From: an uncultured Thermoleophilia bacterium
GTDB taxonomy: Bacteria > Actinomycetota > Thermoleophilia > UBA2241
DNA: 64,000 nt
Assembly (NCBI GenBank): GCA_963790185.1
Contig: CAWBNR010000011.1
Location: 93,432-157,431 of the forward strand
Direction: 5' to 3'
Shown: positions 10,607 through 17,929 of the stretch, in pieces
How the letters are laid out: each line of letters starts with the position of its first letter
How positions within the stretch are numbered: the stretch's first letter is position 1
Made by a program: the position numbers and the translations under genes
The notes under the pieces: generated by a model
What the model was told of the DNA's origin: nothing
Databases searched by the model: none
What the model saw: the letters and a program-made list of their open reading frames with translations, nothing else

Positions 10607-11348
10607 TGAGCACCTCCCGCGCCAGAGCGCGGTACGACTCCGCCCCTCTCCCCTTCGGATCGTACTTGAGTACCGAGCTGCCGATGACCGGCGCCTCGGC
10701 GAACTTGATGGTCTTGCGCACAACGGTGTCGAACACGAGCGGCCCGAAGTTCTCCCTCAGGACCTCGACCGACTCCTTGCCGTGCAGCGTGCGGGCGTCG
10801 AAGAGCGTCGGCAGGATGCCCTTGATCCGGACCTTGGGGTTCAGGTTCTCCCTGATCATCTCGAGGGTGCGCTCCAGCTGCAAGAGGCCGCGCAGCGAGA
10901 GGTACTCGCACTGCACCGGCACGATCACGCTTTCGGCGGCCGTCAAGGCATTGATCGTGAGCAGGCCGAGCGACGGCGGCGTGTCGATGAGGATGTAGTC
11001 GTAGTTGTCCATGACCGGCTCGAGGGCCCGCTGCAGGGCGCGCTCGCGGCCGATCATCTGCGAGAGCGCCATCTCCGCGCCGGCGAGGTCGATCGTCGCG
11101 GCCGCCACGTCGAACTCGCGCTCGTAGATGACCTCCTCGATCGGCGTCCGGTGCACGAGCACGTCGAACATGCACTTCTCGAGGCTCTCGGTGTCGACCC
11201 CTTGGCTCATGGTGAGATTGCCCTGCGGGTCCATGTCGACAGCCAGGACGCGCAGGTCGTGCTCGCGGAGGGCGGCTCCGAGATTGACCGTCGAGGTGGT
11301 CTTGGCGACGCCGCCCTTCTGATTGGCGAAGGCGATGACGTGCGTCAT
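10590..11348 (-). CDS. orphan ParA/Soj-family ATPase (no parB adjacent)
   Basis: ORF 10590..11429(-) read from ATG 11348 ([18 protein letters not shown], deviant Walker A), with a GAGGAG SD upstream. Its last 17 nt overlap ftsZ. Confidence 0.85.
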   Translation of the reverse strand: MTHVIAFANQKGGVAKTTSTVNLGAALREHDLRVLAVDMDPQGNLTMSQGVDTESLEKCMFDVLVHRTPIEEVIYEREFDVAAATIDLAGAEMALSQMIGRERALQRALEPVMDNYDYILIDTPPSLGLLTINALTAAESVIVPVQCEYLSLRGLLQLERTLEMIRENLNPKVRIKGILPTLFDARTLHGKESVEVLRENFGPLVFDTVVRKTIKFAEAPVIGSSVLKYDPKGRGAESYRALAREVLNGRAT

Positions 11349-11410
11349 GGGGTCCCGCTCCTCTGTTGCCACCACGTCAGGGCTGAGTTCGCCCCGGTCG
11401 CAAGAATCCC

Positions 11411-11456
11411 TGCACGCGTCGAGCCCCACAGCTCGCTGCGGGGCTCGACGCGTGCA
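11411..11456 (-). terminator. 17-bp perfect stem-loop downstream of yajC; candidate intrinsic terminator
   Basis: tgcacgcgtcgagcccc (11411-11427) pairs perfectly with ggggctcgacgcgtgca (11440-11456), leaving a 12-nt loop. On the minus strand it is followed by gggATTCTTG. It lies 34 nt after the yajC stop. Confidence 0.6.
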
Positions 11457-11489
11457 TACTCCATGACCAGGCGTTCGACGCCCCGCAGG

Positions 11490-11909
11490 TCAGGTCGCCG
11501 GCCGGTCGTCCTCCTCGTCGTCCTCAGGCTCGAGCTCGGCCTCGTCGTCCTCAGGCTCGAGATCGTCCTCGTCGCCGGCCTCGAGCTCGTCCTCGTCGAA
11601 CTCGGCCTCGTCGCCGAGATATTCCTCGTCATCCTCTTCTTCTTCGTCGCTCACGATGGAGGAGATGGCGCGCTTGAGGAACCGGACGCGCGTACCGCGA
11701 GCGACTTCGAGCTCGATCCAGTCGTCGCCGATCTTGCGGACCGTCCCGAAGACGCCGCCGATGGTGACCACTTCATCGCCTCTCTTCATCATCGCCACCA
11801 TCTCGCGGTGCGCCTGCTTCTGCCGGCGCTGCGGTCGGATGGCGAGGAAGTAGAAGATGCCGAAGAAGACGAGGATCCAGATCAGGAGCACGCCAGTCTG
11901 ACCACCCAT
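11490..11909 (-). CDS. yajC: preprotein translocase subunit YajC with a long poly-acidic C-terminal tail
   Basis: ORF 11490..11909(-). One TM segment, RPQRRQKQ, GDEVVTIGGVFGTV, then about 55 aa rich in D/E. Confidence 0.85.
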   Translation of the reverse strand: MGGQTGVLLIWILVFFGIFYFLAIRPQRRQKQAHREMVAMMKRGDEVVTIGGVFGTVRKIGDDWIELEVARGTRVRFLKRAISSIVSDEEEEDDEEYLGDEAEFDEDELEAGDEDDLEPEDDEAELEPEDDEEDDRPAT

Positions 11910-11915
11910 ACGAAC

Positions 11916-12980
11916 TTAACCTCCTGCGCGATAGCGCGCTGTGACTGACTCTTTGAACTCTGCAAACGCGCCCGCACGAATAGCCGCACGGGCTCGCTCG
12001 GTCAATCTTATCAGAACCCGCAGGTTGTGAAGACTCAGGAGCTGCGCTCCGAGCATCTCCTTCTGCAGCATGAGATGCCGCAGATAGGAGCGCGTGAAAC
12101 CGTCGCAGGCAGGGCAATCGCAGCCCTCGTCGAGCGGGCGCAGATCGCGCGCGAACCGTGCGTTGCGCAGATTCAGGCGGCCGTCGGCCGTGAGGGCCGT
12201 GCCGGTGCGCGCCATGCGGGTCGGGAGGACGCAGTCGAAGACGTCGATCCCGCGCGCCACGACCTCGAGCAGGCCGACGGGGTCGCCGATCCCCATGAAG
12301 TAACGCAGGCGCTCGCGAGGGAGGGTCTCGTCCATGAGTTCGACGGTCGCGAGCATCTCGTCGCCACGCTCGCCCACGGAGAGCCCGCCGATGGCGTAGG
12401 CGTCGAAGCCGATGTCGAGGAGCTCCGCCGCCGAGCGACGGCGGAGCTCCTCGTCGACCCCGCCCTGCACGATGCCGACGAGCAGCTGGTCGCGGCGGCC
12501 GTGGGCCGCTTGACAGGCCGCCGCCCACCGCGTCGTGCGCTCCACGGCCGCGACCAGCTCGTCGCGGCCCAGCACGCTCGGCGCACACTGATCGAAGCAC
12601 ATCACGATGTCGGCGCCGAGCCGCTCCTGGACCTCCATCGCGAGCTCAGGCGTGAACACGTGCCGCGAACCGTCGTACACGGAACTGAACTCGACTCCGT
12701 CGTCGCGCACCAGCCGCGTGTCGGCGAGACTGAAGACCTGGAAGCCGCCCGAGTCGGTCAGGATCGGCCCGGGCCATCGCATGAAGCCGTGCAGGCCCCC
12801 GTGCAGCGCCACCACCTCGACGCCTGGGCGGAAGTACAGGTGGTAGGTGTTGGCCAGTACGATACCCGCGCCCAGGCCGGCGAGGTCGCGCGGCGCGACC
12901 CCCTTGACCGTCGCCTTCGTGCCGACGGGCATGAAACTCGGGGTCTCCACCGTGCCGTGGGGCGTCTCGAGGCGGCCCAC
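11916..12980 (-). CDS. tgt: tRNA-guanine transglycosylase (start probably further upstream; see finding)
   Basis: ORF 11916..12980(-). Motifs TPSFMPVGT, DCVLPTR, and zinc site CDCPAC...H. Conserved N-terminal residues FSFSVEAADGRAR are encoded in frame upstream of the GTG at 12980. Confidence 0.9.
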   Translation of the reverse strand: MGRLETPHGTVETPSFMPVGTKATVKGVAPRDLAGLGAGIVLANTYHLYFRPGVEVVALHGGLHGFMRWPGPILTDSGGFQVFSLADTRLVRDDGVEFSSVYDGSRHVFTPELAMEVQERLGADIVMCFDQCAPSVLGRDELVAAVERTTRWAAACQAAHGRRDQLLVGIVQGGVDEELRRRSAAELLDIGFDAYAIGGLSVGERGDEMLATVELMDETLPRERLRYFMGIGDPVGLLEVVARGIDVFDCVLPTRMARTGTALTADGRLNLRNARFARDLRPLDEGCDCPACDGFTRSYLRHLMLQKEMLGAQLLSLHNLRVLIRLTERARAAIRAGAFAEFKESVTARYRAGG

Positions 12981-13059
12981 CCGGGCGCGCCCGTCGGCGG
13001 CCTCGACGCTGAACGAGAAACCTCGCGCTCGATATCCGAGTCGGTCGCTCAGCGTCGCC

Positions 13060-14148
13060 TCACAGGATCAGCATCGCGTCGCCGAAACTGAAGAACCGGT
13101 AGCGCTCCGCGACGGCGTGCTTGTAGGCGGCGCGCGTCGCGTCGATGCCGGCGAACGCCATGACGAGAGCCAGCAGACTCGTGCGCGGCAGATGGAAGTT
13201 GGTCAGCACCGCGTCGACCACCCTGGGTTCGAAGCCGGGCCTGATGAAGAGGTCGGTCTCCCCGCGCAGCCGACGACCGTCCGACCGCGCCAGGTGCTCG
13301 AGCACCCGCACGGTGGTGGTGCCGACGGCGACGACGCGACGGCCCTGCGCGCGTGCGGCCCGCACGCGCGCCCACGTCGCGGCCTCGACCTCGTAGGCCT
13401 CGCTGTGCAGGCGGTTCTCCTCGAGACGCGTCTCCAGCAGCGGCTTGAACGTGCCAAGCCCGACGTGCAGGGTCACGGTCGCCACCTCGACGCCTCTCGC
13501 CCTGAGGTTGCGATCGGCAGCCGGCGTGAAGTGCAGGCCGGCGGTGGGCGCGGCCGCCGAGCCGACCCTGCGAGCGTACACCGTCTGGTACCGCTCGGGA
13601 TCGGCCACGGGCTCGCGGATGTACGGCGGCACCGGCGTCTGCCCGAAGGTCTCGAGCTGCTCGAGTACGGGGCGCTCGGCCGTGCTGCGCACCGACCAGC
13701 GGCCGTCACCCAAGGCGCGCTCGCAGACGAGGCGCCAGTCTGCGGCCGTCGCTTCGCCGGCCAGCTCCTCGCCGGCCCGCGGGCGGCCGCGCAGCAGCGC
13801 CTCCCAGCGCTCGCCGGCCGGCGCGTCCGGCGAGCGTTCGCCGACCTCGCCCGACCACTCGCCGGCCGGCGTCTTCTCGGGCCGCAGGAAGAGCACCTCG
13901 ATCCGCCCGCCGGTCGCGCGACGGAAGTACGCGCGCGCCGGGAACACGCGCGTGTCGTTGCGCACCACGAGGTCCCCGCGCCGCAGCAGCTCGGGCAGCT
14001 CCCCGAAGGTCCGGTCGTCGAGCCGCCCAGTGGTCCTCTCCACGACCAAGAGCCGGGCGGCGTCGCGCGGCTCGACCGGACGCTGCGCGATCAACTCCTC
14101 GGGCAGCTCGTAGTCGAGCCCGGCCAGATCGATCGCCGCGCTCGTCAT
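13060..14148 (-). CDS. queA: S-adenosylmethionine:tRNA ribosyltransferase-isomerase
   Basis: ORF 13060..14202(-) read from ATG 14148 (ATGA overlap with the queH stop). LDYELPEELIAQRP, and ATVTLHVGLGTFKP. Confidence 0.9.
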   Translation of the reverse strand: MTSAAIDLAGLDYELPEELIAQRPVEPRDAARLLVVERTTGRLDDRTFGELPELLRRGDLVVRNDTRVFPARAYFRRATGGRIEVLFLRPEKTPAGEWSGEVGERSPDAPAGERWEALLRGRPRAGEELAGEATAADWRLVCERALGDGRWSVRSTAERPVLEQLETFGQTPVPPYIREPVADPERYQTVYARRVGSAAAPTAGLHFTPAADRNLRARGVEVATVTLHVGLGTFKPLLETRLEENRLHSEAYEVEAATWARVRAARAQGRRVVAVGTTTVRVLEHLARSDGRRLRGETDLFIRPGFEPRVVDAVLTNFHLPRTSLLALVMAFAGIDATRAAYKHAVAERYRFFSFGDAMLIL

Positions 14149-14726
14149 GCGTTCACTGTGCGCGTCCGACGCCGCGCCTCCCGCTCGTGCCACGTCTCCC
14201 ACTTGCTGGCCGTGCAGCCGCAGTACGGCTGCCGGTACAGGCCCAGCCGGCGGCTCTCCGCGTAGCTCGCCCTGAAGAGGCCGCGCAGGTCGAGGTAGAC
14301 GAAGTCGACGCCGTGCCCTGCCGCGGCCGTCTCCCCCGCCGCCTGGATCAGGTCGTGACGCTGGTACGGGCTCACGCTCAAGCTGGTCGAGAAACGGCTG
14401 AAGCCGAGCTCGCTCGCCGTTTCGGCGGCGGCGTCAAGGCGCAGGCGAAGACAGTCGGCGCAGCGCTCGTCTGGGCTCGCTTGCCCGAGGCAGGCGAGCC
14501 ACGTGCCCCAAGCGCCCTCCGACCGCGACCGCTCCTCGACGACCAGATCGAGACCGACCGCCCGGCTGTAGCGCCGCATGCTTTCGAGGCGGCGCTCCAG
14601 CTCCGCGGCCGGCTGGACGTTCGGGTTGTGGAACCAGCCCACAGGCTCGAGACCGCGCTCGCGCCAAGCCGGCACGGCGACCGTCGCGCAGGGCCCGCAG
14701 CAGGTGTGCAGGAGGAGTCCGGTCAC
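14145..14726 (-). CDS. queH: epoxyqueuosine reductase QueH (DUF208)
   Basis: ORF 14145..14726(-). Signature LLLHTCCGPC and C-terminal YRQPYCGC. Confidence 0.8.
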   Translation of the reverse strand: MTGLLLHTCCGPCATVAVPAWRERGLEPVGWFHNPNVQPAAELERRLESMRRYSRAVGLDLVVEERSRSEGAWGTWLACLGQASPDERCADCLRLRLDAAAETASELGFSRFSTSLSVSPYQRHDLIQAAGETAAAGHGVDFVYLDLRGLFRASYAESRRLGLYRQPYCGCTASKWETWHEREARRRTRTVNA

Positions 14727-14732
14727 GATCCG

Positions 14733-14738
14733 ATTATA
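14733..14738 (-). promoter_or_regulatory. perfect TATAAT -10 hexamer 6 nt upstream of the queH GTG (leaderless-type arrangement)
   Basis: Plus-strand attata at 14733-14738 is TATAAT on the minus strand. Only cggatc separates it from the GTG at 14726, and there is no SD. Confidence 0.45.
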
Positions 14739-14774
14739 GCCGCCCGCCGACAGCCGTCGGGCGCCAGCACCGCC

Positions 14775-15806
14775 TCACTCGAAGAGCGTGCTCGCGCCGC
14801 CGGGTGGGGTGATCCCGCAGTGGCTGAAGCCGGTCCTCGTGAGAACGCGACCGCGCGGCGTGCGCTTGAGGAAGCCCTGCATGATGAGGTACGGCTCGTA
14901 CACGTCCTGGACCGTGTCGGCCTCCTCGCCGAGCGCGACCGCCAGTGTGTCGAGGCCGACCGGGCCGCCGTCGAACTTCTGCGCGATCGTGCAGAGGATC
15001 TCGCGGTCGAGGCGGTCGAGTCCCTCCGCGTCGACCTGGAAGAGCTGCAGCGCAGCGAGGCAGATCTCTCGGTCGATGATGCCCTCGTGCCGCACCTCGG
15101 CGAAATCGCGCACCCTGCGTAACAGCCGGTTGGCGACGCGCGGCGTGCCACGCGAGCGACCGGCGATCTCATCGGCAGAGGCGTCGTCGGTGGTGACGCC
15201 GAGGATCCCGGCCGAGCGCCGCACGATCTGCGCGAGCTCGTCGGGCGCGTAGTACTCGAGGCGCTGCCAGACCCCGAAGCGGTCGCGCAGCGGCGTCGTC
15301 AGCAGCCCGGTGCGCGTCGTCGCCCCGATGAGCGTGAAGGGCTGGACCTGCATGCGGATGCTGCGCGCCGCCGGCCCCTCGCCGATCATGATGTCGATCT
15401 CGTAGTCCTCCATCGCCGGGTAGAGGACCTCCTCGACGGCCGCGTTGAGCCGGTGGATCTCGTCGACGAAGAGGACGTCGCCCTGCTGCAGGTTGGTGAG
15501 GAGGCCAGCGACGTCGACCTTGCGCTCGAGCGCCGGCCCCGAGGTCGTGTGCATACTGACGCCGAGCTCGTTGGCGATGATGCCGGCCAGCGTCGTCTTG
15601 CCGAGACCCGGCGGCCCCGCGATCAGCACGTGATCGAGGGTGTCGCCACGGTTCTTCGCCGCCTGCACGAATATCTCGAGCTGCTCTTTGGCGACGCCCT
15701 GCCCGACGAACTCGCCGAAGCGCTTCGGCCGCAGCGAGACCTCGGCATCGCGATCGTCGACCTTCTCGTTCGGGTCGGCGAGGCGCTCGACGGGGCGATC
15801 GCTCAC
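14775..15806 (-). CDS. ruvB: Holliday junction branch migration helicase RuvB
   Basis: ORF 14775..15806(-). Walker [10 protein letters not shown] and DEIHRL. Confidence 0.95.
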   Translation of the reverse strand: MSDRPVERLADPNEKVDDRDAEVSLRPKRFGEFVGQGVAKEQLEIFVQAAKNRGDTLDHVLIAGPPGLGKTTLAGIIANELGVSMHTTSGPALERKVDVAGLLTNLQQGDVLFVDEIHRLNAAVEEVLYPAMEDYEIDIMIGEGPAARSIRMQVQPFTLIGATTRTGLLTTPLRDRFGVWQRLEYYAPDELAQIVRRSAGILGVTTDDASADEIAGRSRGTPRVANRLLRRVRDFAEVRHEGIIDREICLAALQLFQVDAEGLDRLDREILCTIAQKFDGGPVGLDTLAVALGEEADTVQDVYEPYLIMQGFLKRTPRGRVLTRTGFSHCGITPPGGASTLFE

Positions 15807-16393
15807 GTCTCCTCCCTGGCGCCCCCGAGGGCAAAACGCACGAGCTCCTCGACCGGAGCGTCGGGCGGCGCGCCGCGCAGCGCATTCTCGGCCTCCCTCA
15901 AGCTGAGCCCGAGGTTCTGGAGCGCCGAGCGCGCCGCGACGAACGTGTCGATGCCCGCCGCGGCCGTCGCGCCGGCGGCGAGCGCACCGGCCGCCACCAC
16001 GTCGCCGAGCTCGACGACCAGCCGCTGGGCCAGCTTCTTGCCGATGCCCGGGATGGACTCGAACTTCTTCACGTCGCCCCGGACCACCGCGATCTCGAGC
16101 TCCGCCACGGGATACCCGGAGAGGACCGCGAGGGCGACCTTCGGGCCTACGCCGCTGACCCCGGTCAGCGAGAGGAAGAAGGCGCGCTCGTGCGGCGTCT
16201 CGAAGCCATAGAGCTGGAGCGCGTCTTCGCGCACGTGCAGGTAGGTCGTGAGGTCGACCTCCTCCCCGAGACGCACGGCGAGGCGCGCCAGCGTGCGCCC
16301 GGCGGCGAACACCTCGAGACCCACGCCGCCGACGACGACCACGGCGCGGTCGCTCTCGACGGACGCGACGCGGCCCCGCACCGAGGCGATCAC
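15803..16393 (-). CDS. ruvA: Holliday junction DNA helicase RuvA
   Basis: ORF 15803..16546(-) read from GTG 16393 (VIASVRGRV...). HhH region [16 protein letters not shown] and [12 protein letters not shown]. Confidence 0.85.
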   Translation of the reverse strand: MIASVRGRVASVESDRAVVVVGGVGLEVFAAGRTLARLAVRLGEEVDLTTYLHVREDALQLYGFETPHERAFFLSLTGVSGVGPKVALAVLSGYPVAELEIAVVRGDVKKFESIPGIGKKLAQRLVVELGDVVAAGALAAGATAAAGIDTFVAARSALQNLGLSLREAENALRGAPPDAPVEELVRFALGGAREET

Positions 16394-16463
16394 GCGCGGC
16401 CTCCGGCGTGGGTGTGCGACCCGCCTCCGGCGAGGACGCGCGACGCCGCGCGCCAGCGGCTGC

Positions 16464-16973
16464 TCACTTCTGCCGCCCCTTGCGCACCGCAAGCGGGACC
16501 CCGTCGCCGTTGCCGTGCGCGTGGCAGATGGCGACGGCCAGAGCATCGGCGGCGTGGTCGGGCTGCGGGATGCGCCTGAGCCCGAGCAGCACCTTGGTCA
16601 TCTCCTGCACCTGCATCTTCGTGGCGCGGCCGTACCCAGTGACGGCGCGTTTGATCTCGAGCGGCGAGTACTCATAGGGCGGCGCCGTCAGGTCGGAGGC
16701 CGCCAGCATGAGCACGCCGCGCGCCTGCCCGACGGCGAGCGCGGTGCGCGTGTTCGCGTTGACGAAGAGCTCCTCGATCGCGACGACGTCGGGCTCGAAC
16801 CGGCGGATCAGCGCACAAGCCTCGTCGTGGATGCGCCGCAGACGACGCGACGTGGGCTCGCGCGGGGATGTGACGATGCAGCCGTGACCGAGCGAGCGCA
16901 GGCGGTTGCCCTCCTGCTCGACCGCGCCCCAGCCGGTGCTCGCCGTACCCGGATCGAACCCGAGGACGATCAC
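16464..16973 (-). CDS. ruvC: crossover junction endodeoxyribonuclease RuvC
   Basis: ORF 16464..16973(-). MIVLGFDPG, and DAADALAVAICH. Confidence 0.9.
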   Translation of the reverse strand: MIVLGFDPGTASTGWGAVEQEGNRLRSLGHGCIVTSPREPTSRRLRRIHDEACALIRRFEPDVVAIEELFVNANTRTALAVGQARGVLMLAASDLTAPPYEYSPLEIKRAVTGYGRATKMQVQEMTKVLLGLRRIPQPDHAADALAVAICHAHGNGDGVPLAVRKGRQK

Positions 16974-17010
16974 GGTGCGGCCCCTACTGTCATCGCCTGC
17001 CGCATGGGCC

Positions 17011-17760
17011 TCAGCCGGCCAAGGCCTCGAGGACGTCGTCCGGGATATCGAAGTTCGCGTAGACCTCCTGGACGTCGTCGGACTCCTCGAGCGCGTCGAC
17101 GATCCTCAGGGTCTTGCGGGCGTCGCTCTCGTCGAGGCGCACCGTGCTCTTGGGGACCATCGTGAGCTCCGCCTGCTCGCATTCGATACCGGCGGCGACG
17201 ACGGCGTCGCGCACGGCGGTGAAGTCGGTCGGCTGCGTCAGGACCTCGAACTGATCGCCGTCCTGCACGACGTCGTCGGCGCCGGCATCGATCGCCACCA
17301 GCATGACCTGGTCCTCGTCGTAACGGGAAGCGTCGATCACGATCGAGCCGCGGCGCTCGAACATCCAGGCGACGGCCCCGGGCTGCGCCAGCGAGCCGCC
17401 GTGCTTGGAGAAGACGGAGCGCACGTCGGCCGCCGAGCGGTTGCGGTTGTCGGTCAGCACTTCGACGATGATGGCGACGCCGTTGGGACCGTAGCCCTCA
17501 TACACGATCGCCTCGAAGTCGTCGCCGGCCCCTTTGCCGGCGCCGCGCTGCACGGCGCGCTCGATGTTGTCCTTGGGCATCGAGTAGCCCTTGGCCTTCT
17601 CGATCGCCGTGTAGAGCGCCGCGTTGCTCTCGGGGTCAGCGCCACCCTCGCGAGCGGCCACCTGGATCGCGCGCGCCAGCTTGGAGAACAGCTTCCCGCG
17701 CCTGGCGTCCTCCTTGCCCTTCTTGTGCTTGATCGTGGACCACTTCGAGTGCCCGGACAC
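17011..17760 (-). CDS. yebC: YebC/PmpR family DNA-binding regulator
   Basis: ORF 17011..17760(-). MSGHSKWSTIKHKKG. Confidence 0.9.
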   Translation of the reverse strand: MSGHSKWSTIKHKKGKEDARRGKLFSKLARAIQVAAREGGADPESNAALYTAIEKAKGYSMPKDNIERAVQRGAGKGAGDDFEAIVYEGYGPNGVAIIVEVLTDNRNRSAADVRSVFSKHGGSLAQPGAVAWMFERRGSIVIDASRYDEDQVMLVAIDAGADDVVQDGDQFEVLTQPTDFTAVRDAVVAAGIECEQAELTMVPKSTVRLDESDARKTLRIVDALEESDDVQEVYANFDIPDDVLEALAG

Positions 17761-17929
17761 GGGGACACCACCTCCTTCGCTTGGCGAACAGCGGCCGGGG
17801 CGACTTCGTCGCGCGCCCGGGCCTCCGACAGCCCGGCGCCGAACGGGCCGCCACTCGGGACAACGTCAACGAGCATCACTCTGATCCCCCAGAGGATGCG
17901 CCACGCCGTCGCGCCATCCTACGGGGGGC

